Assembly: GCA_044225365.1 (NCBI GenBank)
Contig: JBGAIQ010000008.1
Span: 64,001-128,000 of the forward strand
DNA from: Planctomycetota bacterium
Lineage (GTDB): Bacteria > Planctomycetota > B15-G4 > JADJEK01
Direction: 5' to 3'
Length of the DNA stretch: 64,000 nt
Below are positions 48,104 to 57,877 of this stretch, piece after piece. Below the pieces are notes generated by a model that made no database searches, was not told the DNA's origin, and worked only from the letters and a program-made list of their open reading frames with translations. The translations under genes were made by a program, and so were the position numbers. The stretch's first letter is position 1; every line of letters starts with the position of its first letter.

Positions 48104-49170
48104 GCGATCACCTGCTCACTCGAGCTCTCGCTCGACGAGCGCCCGCGCGAAGTCCGCGGCCCGCGCCATCCGCGCATTCTCGGCAGCACTTCGAGTTCGA
48201 GAAACGCCTCAGGCGCGTCCGCCGCGTGCAACGACACTCGCGACAATTCGAGCGGCGAGACTCCAGGCGGAGAGTGTCGGCCATCGACGACGAAGGCGGT
48301 CGAATGCCGAGTGCTCGCGAGGATCTTCCATACCGGAGAATCCTCCGCCGCCGGGGCGCCGTAGGGAAAGCTGAACGAACGGATCCGGCGCGCCGCGAGT
48401 TCTTCGAGCCGACGCTGATTGCCCGCGATCTCCTCGTGCGCGAGCTCCGCATCCGCGGAGAGGCCTTCAGCGTGGACATGACTCGTGGTGTGATTCCCGA
48501 TCTCGATCCCCGACTCCATGAGGGGCGCGATCATCGACGAGTCGAGATAGAGCGCGTCGGCCCGGGCGCGCCGCAGGGGTTCGTCCCCCGTCGTGCTGAG
48601 CAGAGCCACGTGCAGATTCGCTCGTCGCTCGCTCGTCCAACGAGAGATCGCCGCGAAGACCTCGCGGAGCGTGCTCGCCACGATTCCGTGATTCGCGAAG
48701 ACTTGCACGCCTCGAGTGTTCGCGACGTAGGCGATCAGATTGTCGAGCGCGATCGTGGCGTGATCGAGAACGTTCGAATTGACGTAGAAGACGGACGGGA
48801 TGCCGCGCGCTTTCAGGTACGGCGCGCACTGCAGCGCAACGCTGCGATAGGCGTCGTCGAAGGTGACGAGCACCGTCGGCTTCGATCCGGTTCTCGGAGG
48901 ATCGAGGTATCGATCGAGATCGACGCACTCGTAGTGATGGGCGAGGAAGTCGATGAGGAGACGGAACCGAGCGGTCGTCACGCGGACGCCGAGGCCGTCG
49001 GTGAGCGGTGAGGGTTCGTCGGCGACGTGATGGAACAAGACGCAGCGTCGATACGCGCGCGAGAGCATCCAAAGGCTTCGCAGGCCAGGCAGCGCGAGGC
49101 AACGCGCAGCGGTCCGCAGGAGCCAGGGGAATTTGGAATTCTGCGCGTACAAGCACCGGCTCCGAAACAA
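48100..49170 (-). CDS. CE4 polysaccharide deacetylase (IcaB/PgaB-like with insertion)
   Basis: LFHHV, VTFDDAY, IGNHTTSH, FSFPYG. Start uncertain (49068 possible). Confidence 0.85.
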   Translation of the reverse strand: MFRSRCLYAQNSKFPWLLRTAARCLALPGLRSLWMLSRAYRRCVLFHHVADEPSPLTDGLGVRVTTARFRLLIDFLAHHYECVDLDRYLDPPRTGSKPTVLVTFDDAYRSVALQCAPYLKARGIPSVFYVNSNVLDHATIALDNLIAYVANTRGVQVFANHGIVASTLREVFAAISRWTSERRANLHVALLSTTGDEPLRRARADALYLDSSMIAPLMESGIEIGNHTTSHVHAEGLSADAELAHEEIAGNQRRLEELAARRIRSFSFPYGAPAAEDSPVWKILASTRHSTAFVVDGRHSPPGVSPLELSRVSLHAADAPEAFLELEVLPRMRGWRGPRTSRGRSSSESSSEQVIA

Positions 49171-49257
49171 GACAACGACCGACGACGGGTCATTCGCGGA
49201 TCATCGTATCGACACTTCGTGCTGGGCGTCTCCAGCATTGGAGACCTCGTCCCCCCG

Positions 49258-51147
49258 TCAACGATCGCGGCGCGGGCGTCCGTGTTCGTGCTTCACGAAG
49301 TACCCGATCCCGTTCAACAGCTCCTCGACTTGAACCGGCATCGCCTCGTCCGAGTCGTTCGCCTTGAATCGCGGCAGTGATTCGATCGCCTTCCTCAGGC
49401 GTGCGACGATCTCGGGATGGGCATCCTTCACATCCGTGCCCTCGGCGTGGTCGTTCACGACGTCGTAGAGGCGCAGCACCCCCTTCGACGATTCGAGCAG
49501 CTTCCAGCGGCCGTCGCACGCCGTCATCCAATCCCCATCGAAGGGCGATGGATCGAACTCGGGATAGTGCTCCTTGAACAGGTCGAGATAACGCTGTTGA
49601 TGCCGCATCTGAGCGAACACGAGATCGTCGTCCTGCAGCTCGAGCGCGGGATGATGAGCCCGCGCCCCGCTGTCGAGGCCGGCGAGATCCGCGATCGTCT
49701 CGTAGATGCCATTGGTCTCGACGTTCTTGCTCACGTGCCCCGGAGTGAAACCCGGCAGGTAGCGCACGATCATCGGCACGCGAAGCAGACACTCGTCGAG
49801 TCCGAGCTGGTGACCGAGCAAGCCTCGTTCGCCGAGGCGCTCGCCGTGATCCGCGGTGACGAGGATGGCGCTCTTGTCGAGCTCGCCGCGATCCTTCAGC
49901 CACTCGAAGAACGCGCCGAGGGACCGATCCATCGTGTGCAGGTCGGCGTCGTAGCGAGCGATGACTCGGTCGAGCGCCGCGCCCTCGGCCTTCAGGTGCC
50001 CCGAATCGTAGTCCTCGGAGAAGAACGAGATGTCGGGCGCGGTCCTCGTCTTCTCGTCGAAGAACAACGAGGGCTCGCTGTCTCCGTACGGCGCGTGAGG
50101 ATCCATGAGATTCACCATCACGAAGCGCGGCTTCTCCGAGTGCGTGATCCACCAACGCTCGACCCACTCGAGAGTCGTCGGCGTATCACCTCGCCATCGC
50201 CACTCGGCCTCGGCACGACGCGCGCCGGCGAAGAGTGCCGCGATCGAGAAGAGCGGCCGGATCCAAGTCTGGCGGTACATCTGGTACCCCCGCGCCCAGC
50301 CGAGCGATTCCGCGAGATGGGGATTGTTCACGGCGCCGAACGTCGCGTACCCGCCATTGCGCAATCGCTCCGCGATCGTCTCGCCCGACGTCGAGAGCGC
50401 CCCGTTCTCGATTCCGTGCTCGGCCGGGAGCATTCCCATGAAGATCGACGCATGGGCCGGCACCGTCCACGGCGCGGCGGACCACGCCCGGTCGTAGATC
50501 CGAGCGTCCTCCGCGAAGCGATCGAGGTTCGGCGTCGTCGGCCGAAAGTAGCCGTTCATCGACAGATGGTCGAAGCGCGTCGTATCGAGGATCAAGAGAA
50601 CGATGTCGGGAGTACCTTTGCCCCGCAGGCGATTCGAACGAGACGATACGCCATCGCTCGGCCACTGCTTGCTCCCCGCGTAGTAGACGAGTCCGAGCAG
50701 GGCGAGCCCGCAGCCGAGTCCGAAACGGCGCGACGGCAGCAACCGGATCCCGAGCCATTGCGTGAACGCGATCACCCCGCAGCCCACCGCGATCGACAAC
50801 AACGCGATCAGTCCCGCGAGCGAGAGCTCACCGCGACTCGGCGCGAACCACAACATCGTGTGCACCGTGGCGATGAACCCGAAATCGAGCGCAGCGGCAA
50901 GGGCGATCCGTTCGATCGGACTGCGGCGACGACGCACGATGAGCGCGACGAGGGCCGCGAGAAGGATGATGAAGCCACAAGCCAGCGCTTCGTTTGGGGA
51001 GACGAAGAAGAGCGGATCGATCGCGAACACCAAGGACAGTTCGAGAGCGAACGGCAACGTGGCGGCCGCGAGGACGGCGATCCCGAGGACGAGTGTGCGG
51101 AAGCGGGTCGACGGGCGAGGATCGCTCGGCATCGTGTTCGAGTCCAT
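49258..51147 (-). CDS. Membrane-anchored sulfatase-like (alkaline phosphatase superfamily) hydrolase/transferase
   Basis: About 5 N-terminal TMs; LILDTTRFDHL, APWTVPAHAS, MDPHAPY, TADHGE.LGE, GH. Start uncertain. Confidence 0.82.
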   Translation of the reverse strand: MDSNTMPSDPRPSTRFRTLVLGIAVLAAATLPFALELSLVFAIDPLFFVSPNEALACGFIILLAALVALIVRRRRSPIERIALAAALDFGFIATVHTMLWFAPSRGELSLAGLIALLSIAVGCGVIAFTQWLGIRLLPSRRFGLGCGLALLGLVYYAGSKQWPSDGVSSRSNRLRGKGTPDIVLLILDTTRFDHLSMNGYFRPTTPNLDRFAEDARIYDRAWSAAPWTVPAHASIFMGMLPAEHGIENGALSTSGETIAERLRNGGYATFGAVNNPHLAESLGWARGYQMYRQTWIRPLFSIAALFAGARRAEAEWRWRGDTPTTLEWVERWWITHSEKPRFVMVNLMDPHAPYGDSEPSLFFDEKTRTAPDISFFSEDYDSGHLKAEGAALDRVIARYDADLHTMDRSLGAFFEWLKDRGELDKSAILVTADHGERLGERGLLGHQLGLDECLLRVPMIVRYLPGFTPGHVSKNVETNGIYETIADLAGLDSGARAHHPALELQDDDLVFAQMRHQQRYLDLFKEHYPEFDPSPFDGDWMTACDGRWKLLESSKGVLRLYDVVNDHAEGTDVKDAHPEIVARLRKAIESLPRFKANDSDEAMPVQVEELLNGIGYFVKHEHGRPRRDR

Positions 51148-51558
51148 GCGTTCGGTCAAGTCACGAGACTTCTGCCCTCGACGAGGCCCCATCGCCTTCC
51201 ATCTTCGGATCCGAACTCGATTCGTCCCCCAATACGAAGCAAGACGACTCTCGGTCCTATCGGTCAGGAGGATACGCGAGAATACCCGCGATGCCATTGC
51301 TCGGCCCGATCGATTTCCTGGGTGCCGGGTTCAGAAACGCGAAGCGGTCCTCCGAAGAGTGAGGAGCGGGTGTCGCATCGGCCCCGCGATCTCCGAACGG
51401 AATCCGATCGAATGAATGCCGGACGGCTTTTCGACCGAGACGCTAGATTCACTTTGGATCCGTCGAATCGTCGTCGCGGCCTCCGGCCGTGTGAAGAGCA
51501 TGAGTCCAGCAGGAAGCGAGTTCGTGAAGTCCATGAATTCCATGAGTCGAGAGTTTTC

Positions 51559-52287
51559 ATGATCGCGTTTGGCGTCACGACTCGCGCGATCCGGTACGGC
51601 GGGATCTTGGCCCTACTCGTCATCGCATTCGCGGCGAGTGGTTGCTCCACGGGGAAGCCGATCGCTGAGATCGCAGAGGAGATCGGCAAGACCTATCACC
51701 CGGAGACGAACGTCCTCGTCCCTGGCGACATCCTCGACATCAAGTTCAAGTTGCCCGATTGGAATCACCAGACGCGCGTTCGTCCGGACGGCATGGCTTC
51801 GTTCCTCGGCATCGCCGATCTTCCGGCCGCCGGCCGCACCGTCGAGATGTTGGCGAAGACGTTGAACGAGAGATACTCCGGTCTCCTCGCCGAACCCACG
51901 GTGAGCGTGCTGCTCACGACGCTCGCCACCCGCGAGGTCATCGTGATGGGAGAGGTCCAGAAACCGGGCGCGATCCCCGTCGATCGGGGGCGTCTCACGC
52001 TGATCGAGGCGATCGGTCGCGCGGGCGGGCCCGTCGCTTCGACCAACCTGCTCGAGAACACTCTGCTCGTCCGATGGGATCCGAAGGAGCAGCGTCAGGT
52101 AGCATGGCTCATCGACGCCAGCCCCGAACAATGGACTTCGGAAGCGCCGATCTATCTCCAACCTTTCGACGTCGTGTGGGTCCCCAACAAGCGCATCGTT
52201 CAGGTGGACATCTGGGTCGAGCAGCACATCACGCGGCTCATCCCGATCCCTGGCGGTGCTCCGATCTCCCCCGCAACGGGTCGCTGA
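51559..52287 (+). CDS. wza: Polysaccharide export lipoprotein (Wza/OPX)
   Basis: Lipobox FAASG-C; PGDILDI, VRPDGMAS, AAGRT, VMGEVQKPG, TLIEAIGRAGG, LQPFDVVWVP. Confidence 0.88.
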   Translation: MIAFGVTTRAIRYGGILALLVIAFAASGCSTGKPIAEIAEEIGKTYHPETNVLVPGDILDIKFKLPDWNHQTRVRPDGMASFLGIADLPAAGRTVEMLAKTLNERYSGLLAEPTVSVLLTTLATREVIVMGEVQKPGAIPVDRGRLTLIEAIGRAGGPVASTNLLENTLLVRWDPKEQRQVAWLIDASPEQWTSEAPIYLQPFDVVWVPNKRIVQVDIWVEQHITRLIPIPGGAPISPATGR

Positions 52288-52294
52288 GGGCATC

Positions 52295-54010
52295 GTGAAC
52301 TCGACCAACTGGCACTACGAGGAATTGCGACGACAACACGCGGCGGCGCTCCTCGGCCCCGTCTCCGAACCGCAGGACGATGGCGACGATCGCACTCCGA
52401 CCCTCTCCGAGTTCGTCGACATCGGGGCGAAGCGTTCCCGCGCGGTGATCGGGGCCATGTTCCTGGTCGGCACGCTCGGCGGCGTCTTCGTCTCGTTGAT
52501 CCAACCGAACAAGTTCATCTCGACCGGACAATTCATGGTCCGTTCCGGCGCACGCGAGCAGTCGACGCCCGAGAGCACGGTCGACACGCAGTTCGCGACG
52601 CGTGGAAACTTCGGCGGCGGCGCCGACGAGGTGCATCTGCTCTCCGACCCGGAGATCTGCAGACGAGTCGCGCAGGAGGTCGGACCCGAGAACATCCTGC
52701 AGCCCTACGATCCCGCGAGCGAGGATACCGAGCAGACGAACGGCTTCCTGCGCTTCATCCATCGCTTCCAATCGACCTGGTTCAAGTCGCTCTCGCCGGT
52801 CTCCGACGAGGACAAGAAGACTCATTCGCCCGCGGCGATCGAAGCCGCGATGACGCTGATCCAGAACAATCTCACACTGGACTGCGAACGCAATTCGAAC
52901 GTAGTCGTGGTCGGTTACGCGACGCACTCGCCTGCGCTCGCGCAGCGCGTCGTTTCCGCCTTCCTCCGCGCCGGACAGATCCGCCACAGCGAGGTCTACG
53001 CACCCGGACGGCAATTGAGCCTCGTCTCCGAGCAAGCACAGCAGGCCGCGACGCAGTACGAGGCTGCGGCGTCGACGTTCGAAGCCGCCAAGGCCGAGTG
53101 CGGGTTCTACGACATCACGGTGCAGAAGAAGGACCTCATCACTCGCATCGCGCTCCACGAGGCGCAGCTCAAGGACGACGAGACTCATCTGAAGTCCCTC
53201 GATTCCCAGATCCAGTTCATCACCGATGAGATCGGCAAGACGCCGCAGACGGTCGCGACGACCCTGCCGCTGCAGCCGATGCCGAACCCGAAGTACACCG
53301 AACTGACTTCCAGCATCGCGAAGCTCAACGACGAGCTCGGCAAGCTCGGCGACGTCTACTCCCCCAACTCCGCTGAGTACAAGCGTCGCGACAAGGACCT
53401 GCGCGACCGACTCGGCAAGCTCGAGACGGAGCGCAATGCGACGCCGTTCCAGATCACGACGGAGTCGACCGCCGTCACGTCGATCCAAAATCCCGTCTAC
53501 GAAGACCTCGTCAAACGCCGCATCGAGATCGAGCAGCAGCGCCGCGGACTCGCCGAATCCATTCGAGCGAATCGCGGGAGCTTGAAGGAGGAGAACGCAA
53601 CGTTGGAGAAGCTCCTGCTCTGCGAGCCGTCGCACCTCAAGATGGCGCAGGACGTCGAGTACCTCGCGCAACAGTTGAAGCGCCTCACCACCGCTCGCGA
53701 CAACACCGAAGTGCTGAACCTCGTGAATCGCGATGCAACGATGAGCAACCTGCTCGTGCTCCAAGAAGCCACTCTGCCGGCCGAGAAAGCGGGACCGGTC
53801 CGCGCCAAGATCGTCGGCGTCGGGATCGCGCTCGGATTGTTCCTCGGGCTCGGGATCGCCATGCTCCGCTTCATGCTCGACACCAAACTGCGCAGCCGCG
53901 AGCGCGCCGAGCGCCTGCTCGGCCTCCACGTGCTCGCGGTCGTCCCCGAGTCGGCTTCCTGGAAGCGCCGCGGGATGACACTCCTGCCCCCGAGTGGAGC
54001 CGTGCGATGA
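52295..54010 (+). CDS. Polysaccharide co-polymerase (Wzc/GumC membrane-periplasmic part)
   Basis: Two TMs flanking a long coiled coil; QEATLP…, LDTKLRS...AERLLGLHVLAVVP. Confidence 0.85.
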   Translation: MNSTNWHYEELRRQHAAALLGPVSEPQDDGDDRTPTLSEFVDIGAKRSRAVIGAMFLVGTLGGVFVSLIQPNKFISTGQFMVRSGAREQSTPESTVDTQFATRGNFGGGADEVHLLSDPEICRRVAQEVGPENILQPYDPASEDTEQTNGFLRFIHRFQSTWFKSLSPVSDEDKKTHSPAAIEAAMTLIQNNLTLDCERNSNVVVVGYATHSPALAQRVVSAFLRAGQIRHSEVYAPGRQLSLVSEQAQQAATQYEAAASTFEAAKAECGFYDITVQKKDLITRIALHEAQLKDDETHLKSLDSQIQFITDEIGKTPQTVATTLPLQPMPNPKYTELTSSIAKLNDELGKLGDVYSPNSAEYKRRDKDLRDRLGKLETERNATPFQITTESTAVTSIQNPVYEDLVKRRIEIEQQRRGLAESIRANRGSLKEENATLEKLLLCEPSHLKMAQDVEYLAQQLKRLTTARDNTEVLNLVNRDATMSNLLVLQEATLPAEKAGPVRAKIVGVGIALGLFLGLGIAMLRFMLDTKLRSRERAERLLGLHVLAVVPESASWKRRGMTLLPPSGAVR

Positions 54011-54687
54011 CGGCCCGCAACGCATTGCCCGTCGCGTCCCCCATCGCCGAGTCGCTGCTCGCCGCCAACGAGTCGCTGTCCGGACTCTGGGCGAGCATCG
54101 TGCGTCCGATCGAGCCAGGGAAGAATACGCGCGTCATCGTGATCGCCGCCGATCCCGGAGAAGGCGCGACGACCGTCGCGGTCTGCATCGCGATGGGACT
54201 CTCCGAGCATCTGCAAGGCCGCGTCGCGCTGGTCGAGACGAACGTCCAACGACCGGGCCTCGCTACGTATCTCGGAGTCCCGGCCACGCCGGGATACGCC
54301 GAAGTCGCAGCCGGCGAGATCGCGCTCGAGAAAGCGCTGCGCCATCCGCTCGGACCCGAGTTGTCGATACTGCCCGCAGGTGCCCTACCGACTCCGCATC
54401 CAGGGAAGGGAAACGCCCTCGCCGCGCGGGCCGGATCCGAACTCGGCGAACAGATGTTCCGCAAGCTCGCCGAGGACCATCGCTACATCGTGATCGACGC
54501 GCCGCCGATCCTGCATTGTCCCGAGGCTTCGTGCCTCTTCCCGCACGCCGACCAGGTCGTTCTCGTCGCTGACGCGCGGAACACCGACAAGAAGCGCACC
54601 GAACGCGCCGCACGCCTCATCCAGCAGCTCGGTGGCGCGCTCTCCGGCGTCATCCTCAATCGCGGCTACGAGGGCGGCGACGACTGA
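54007..54687 (+). CDS. CpsD/CapB-family BY-kinase-like protein (degenerate)
   Basis: Walker A PGEGATT, LSILPAG, Walker B IVIDAPP, GVILN; translationally coupled to the co-polymerase. Confidence 0.85.
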   Translation: MTARNALPVASPIAESLLAANESLSGLWASIVRPIEPGKNTRVIVIAADPGEGATTVAVCIAMGLSEHLQGRVALVETNVQRPGLATYLGVPATPGYAEVAAGEIALEKALRHPLGPELSILPAGALPTPHPGKGNALAARAGSELGEQMFRKLAEDHRYIVIDAPPILHCPEASCLFPHADQVVLVADARNTDKKRTERAARLIQQLGGALSGVILNRGYEGGDD

Positions 54688-55985
54688 CGCCGCGGCTCGA
54701 AGCGTTCGACGCGAATCCGTTTCAGCAGGCCGCGCGTGAACACCCGCTTCAGCGTGCCGTAGATCGACTGCGCCTTCTCCTTCGGCGTCAACACCCGCCA
54801 CCACGACGAGAACAGCGAGAAACCGCGATAGCGAGGCGCAGCCGCGAACAGGGCGCGACTCGCGAGGACTCGACCGAAGATCGTGGCTCGCGTGCGCAGC
54901 ATGTTCGGTTGCGAGCGCAGTAGGATCTCGGGCCCGACCTTCTCGAGAACGAGATGACCGGATTCGACGGCGGCGGCGAGGATTCGTCGACCCCGCTCGG
55001 TCCGCGCGAGCACGAGGGACCGCCCCGGCTCACCGTCGCGCAGCGTGCGATACCACGGATCCCCGACGGCGATGTCGGCGAATTCTCCACTGTGATCGAC
55101 GCACACGTGGCACCGCCACGGCCGGTGCTTCTGTAGGACGTCACCCCACGACTTCTCGTACGTCATCTCCGCCGTGCGCATCCCCCCACCGGATGCATCA
55201 TCGCGAAACGATGCGCTCGCCATCCCCGGCCAGCCACGGCCGCGATAGCGCAGGGATGTGACGGACTCCGGATCCTTCACTCCCATCTGCCGCAGCATCT
55301 CGAACGTCCCTTGCAGCGAAGGCGTTCCGGCGCAGAAGAACGCGACCGTGAAGCCGATCTTGCGATCGAGCTCGGGACGCAATCGTCGCGCATTCTCCGT
55401 CGCCGCAATGTCGCACGGCTTTCCGATCACGGCGCAAGGCCCCATCGCGTTCTCGACCAGCGCGAGGCCGTCGCAAGGACTCGCCGGCGCGTAGCGCGAC
55501 CCGGTGGCGGCGAGGATCTCGGCGCGGGTGGTGCTGAGCTGGGTGCGGTTCAGATACCTCACGTCATCGCGCGCGGCGATCTGCAGCACCCCATGCATTC
55601 CCCCACGTTCGAGCCCGAACAGCGCGAGCGCACTGGCGGCGCCGCCGCTCGACCCGAGGAAACGAAGCTCTTCGTCGCCGGCATAGCCCTCGTACAGCTC
55701 GTACACGGTTCCCCAGTCCCCGAGCAGTTCCTTCGCGACATCGTCCCTCTGCTCCGGCTCTCGCGCCACGAGTCCGACTCCCGGGCAGGCTTCGAGCGCA
55801 TCGCGGAGCGACGAATCGGCGACCCGATCCATCGAGCGGTCGTGCGGCAGCGGAATCTCGACCGGTCGCCTCCCGTGAGCGAGGTCGTCGACCATCTCGA
55901 TGCGCTGGGGCGCGAGGTAGGCACAAACACCGCAACCGCTGCACAGTTGCCGCGCGACGACGTCGAAGATCGATTTCTCGCTCAA
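54666..55985 (-). CDS. Coenzyme F420 hydrogenase beta-subunit-like (FrhB/FdhB) Fe-S protein
   Basis: CSGCGVC, ACPG, SSGG, GSRY, GKPCD, FCAGTP, YRGRGWPG, CHVCVD..GEFADIAVGDPW. Confidence 0.87.
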   Translation of the reverse strand: MSEKSIFDVVARQLCSGCGVCAYLAPQRIEMVDDLAHGRRPVEIPLPHDRSMDRVADSSLRDALEACPGVGLVAREPEQRDDVAKELLGDWGTVYELYEGYAGDEELRFLGSSGGAASALALFGLERGGMHGVLQIAARDDVRYLNRTQLSTTRAEILAATGSRYAPASPCDGLALVENAMGPCAVIGKPCDIAATENARRLRPELDRKIGFTVAFFCAGTPSLQGTFEMLRQMGVKDPESVTSLRYRGRGWPGMASASFRDDASGGGMRTAEMTYEKSWGDVLQKHRPWRCHVCVDHSGEFADIAVGDPWYRTLRDGEPGRSLVLARTERGRRILAAAVESGHLVLEKVGPEILLRSQPNMLRTRATIFGRVLASRALFAAAPRYRGFSLFSSWWRVLTPKEKAQSIYGTLKRVFTRGLLKRIRVERFEPRRQSSPPS

Positions 55986-56328
55986 GTCGTGGATCCGATC
56001 GTTTCATGGTTGCGGGAATCGGCCCGGTGGAAGGAGCCGCGACTCCGCGCCCCAAGTCCGACGCCCCGAAAGTCCCGACTCTCGACACGTCGGAGGATCG
56101 GGGATTCGCCACCGCGTAACAAGAGATCGGACATATTCAAGCGTCATCTGTTGGTGGCGGGCAATCCCGCCGAAAGTCGTTTGCATCCTTGCACTCCACG
56201 TGGTCAACTTCAACCCGAGTTGTTTGGGTCTCCTGCGGTCAGTCCTCGATCGCCACCTCGACGCCCCGCCAAGGCATCGAGTTTCGAGGACGGAGTCGGA
56301 GACACGTCTCGCCGAGGACGTGATTCAC

Positions 56329-57714
56329 ATGTCTTTGAAAGCATGGTTCCAACCGAAGCGTTGGTTCGCTTCGTTGTTCTCCCACGTTCCGAGCGATCTC
56401 CCCGGGATCTCCTCGGCGAGTGAGTTCGAGACGCTCTTCCGTCGCGAGGTCGCGCGCAGCGACCGCAACGGACGACCGCTCTCGCTCGTCGTGCTGATCC
56501 CGACCGAAGAGACCGCTCGCAACCTGCCGCGACTCGCGAAGACGCTCGCGGCGCGCGTGCGGATCACCGACTGCATGGGATTCCTCGACTCGCAGCGACT
56601 CGCGGTCCTGCTCACCGAGACCGAGGGTTCCGCGGCCTGGCGCTTCGCCGACGACGTCCTGTCGATCACGAGTCGCCTCGGTCTCGGAGTGAATTGCGCG
56701 GTCTACAGCTATCCGCAGGACTGGCTCGGCATCCAGCACGACGGGACCCGCCGTGGCAACGGCGCGTTGCACGAGGGGAGCCCGCTCACGCGCAGCTCGC
56801 CCCCGCTGCGCTCGCAAGACGATCACGGCGATGATTCCGACGGCAACGACTTCGTCGACCGCCCGAATCACGCTCCCGCGCCCGACCACCGGGACGGGCA
56901 GGACGACGACGACGCGAGCGAGTCGCGCCCGCGCCGCGAAGCGAATCGGGAAGGCGGGATCGCGCTCGCAGAACGCCGCGTCGCCACCCGTCGCACTCCC
57001 GTCGTCGCGAAGGTTCGATCCCTCCCGACGAAAGAGGGTCGCTCACTGCTCGCCTTGCCGCGGCAGCACGTCGAAGGCTTGCCGATCCAGGATCTCGCGC
57101 AGCTCCTGGTGCGCCCCATCCCGCTGTGGAAGCGCGCGATGGACGTTCTCGTCTCGGCCACGCTCCTGATCCTGCTCCTGCCGCTGTTCGCCTTGATCGC
57201 GATCGCCATCAAGCTCGACAGCACGGGGCCGGTCATCTTCGCGCAGCAGCGCGCGGGCCGCGGTGGCCGACCGTTCAAGTTCTACAAGTTCCGGTCGATG
57301 CGTGTCACGGCCGAGAGCGAACGCGCCATGTTGCTCGCCGCGAACGAGCAGGACGGCCCGGTCTTCAAGATCCGCAACGACCCTCGCATCACGCGCGTCG
57401 GTCGCTGGATCCGCAAGACCAGCCTCGATGAATTGCCCCAGCTCTTCAACGTCCTGAAGGGCGACATGACGCTCGTCGGTCCGCGCCCACCCACGCTGGA
57501 CGAACTGCCTTCGTACGAGAATTGGCAGCGGCGCCGTCTCGACGTCATCGGTGGCATCACCTGCTCCTGGCAGGTGAGCGGCCGCAACGAGATCGGATTC
57601 TCCGACTGGGTCCGGATGGACCTCCGCTACGCGCGCCGCACGAGCCTCGCGGAGGATCTCTCCCTTCTCGCTCGAACGGTCGTCGCCGTCGGTACGATGC
57701 GGGGCGCGTACTGA
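56329..57714 (+). CDS. Priming phosphoglycosyl transferase (Bac_transf) with N-terminal degenerate GGDEF domain
   Basis: KRAMDV..., GPVIFAQQRAG, YKFRSM, DPRITRVG, SLDELPQLFNVLKGDMTLVGPRP, WQVSGR; N-terminal REVARSDR.GRPLSLV, RITD, AVLL.ET. Confidence 0.9.
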   Translation: MSLKAWFQPKRWFASLFSHVPSDLPGISSASEFETLFRREVARSDRNGRPLSLVVLIPTEETARNLPRLAKTLAARVRITDCMGFLDSQRLAVLLTETEGSAAWRFADDVLSITSRLGLGVNCAVYSYPQDWLGIQHDGTRRGNGALHEGSPLTRSSPPLRSQDDHGDDSDGNDFVDRPNHAPAPDHRDGQDDDDASESRPRREANREGGIALAERRVATRRTPVVAKVRSLPTKEGRSLLALPRQHVEGLPIQDLAQLLVRPIPLWKRAMDVLVSATLLILLLPLFALIAIAIKLDSTGPVIFAQQRAGRGGRPFKFYKFRSMRVTAESERAMLLAANEQDGPVFKIRNDPRITRVGRWIRKTSLDELPQLFNVLKGDMTLVGPRPPTLDELPSYENWQRRRLDVIGGITCSWQVSGRNEIGFSDWVRMDLRYARRTSLAEDLSLLARTVVAVGTMRGAY

Positions 57715-57877
57715 AGGGCGGAAGCCGGACGGGAGCTCTCCCATCTCCTGGGAGCTTCGTGACGGTCGCCGCCGGATTCGACGCGCCGGCCGTTTCACGA
57801 ATCGTGAACGGTCATAAAGTCAACGGACGTAACGATCCGAAGGTATCGGGTTCCGACCTCGCGCCCGACGCGAACCG

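Noticed and set aside
49417-51558. Apparent long N-terminal extension of wza (956-aa ORF)
   Set aside because: Antisense to the sulfatase-like gene; the lipoprotein signal starts at 51559.
56157-56172. GGCGGG-CAAT-CCCGCC hairpin and nearby TTGCA upstream of the priming GT
   Set aside because: No -24 GG at the correct spacing and no recognisable c-di-GMP riboswitch or ops element; too short to call.
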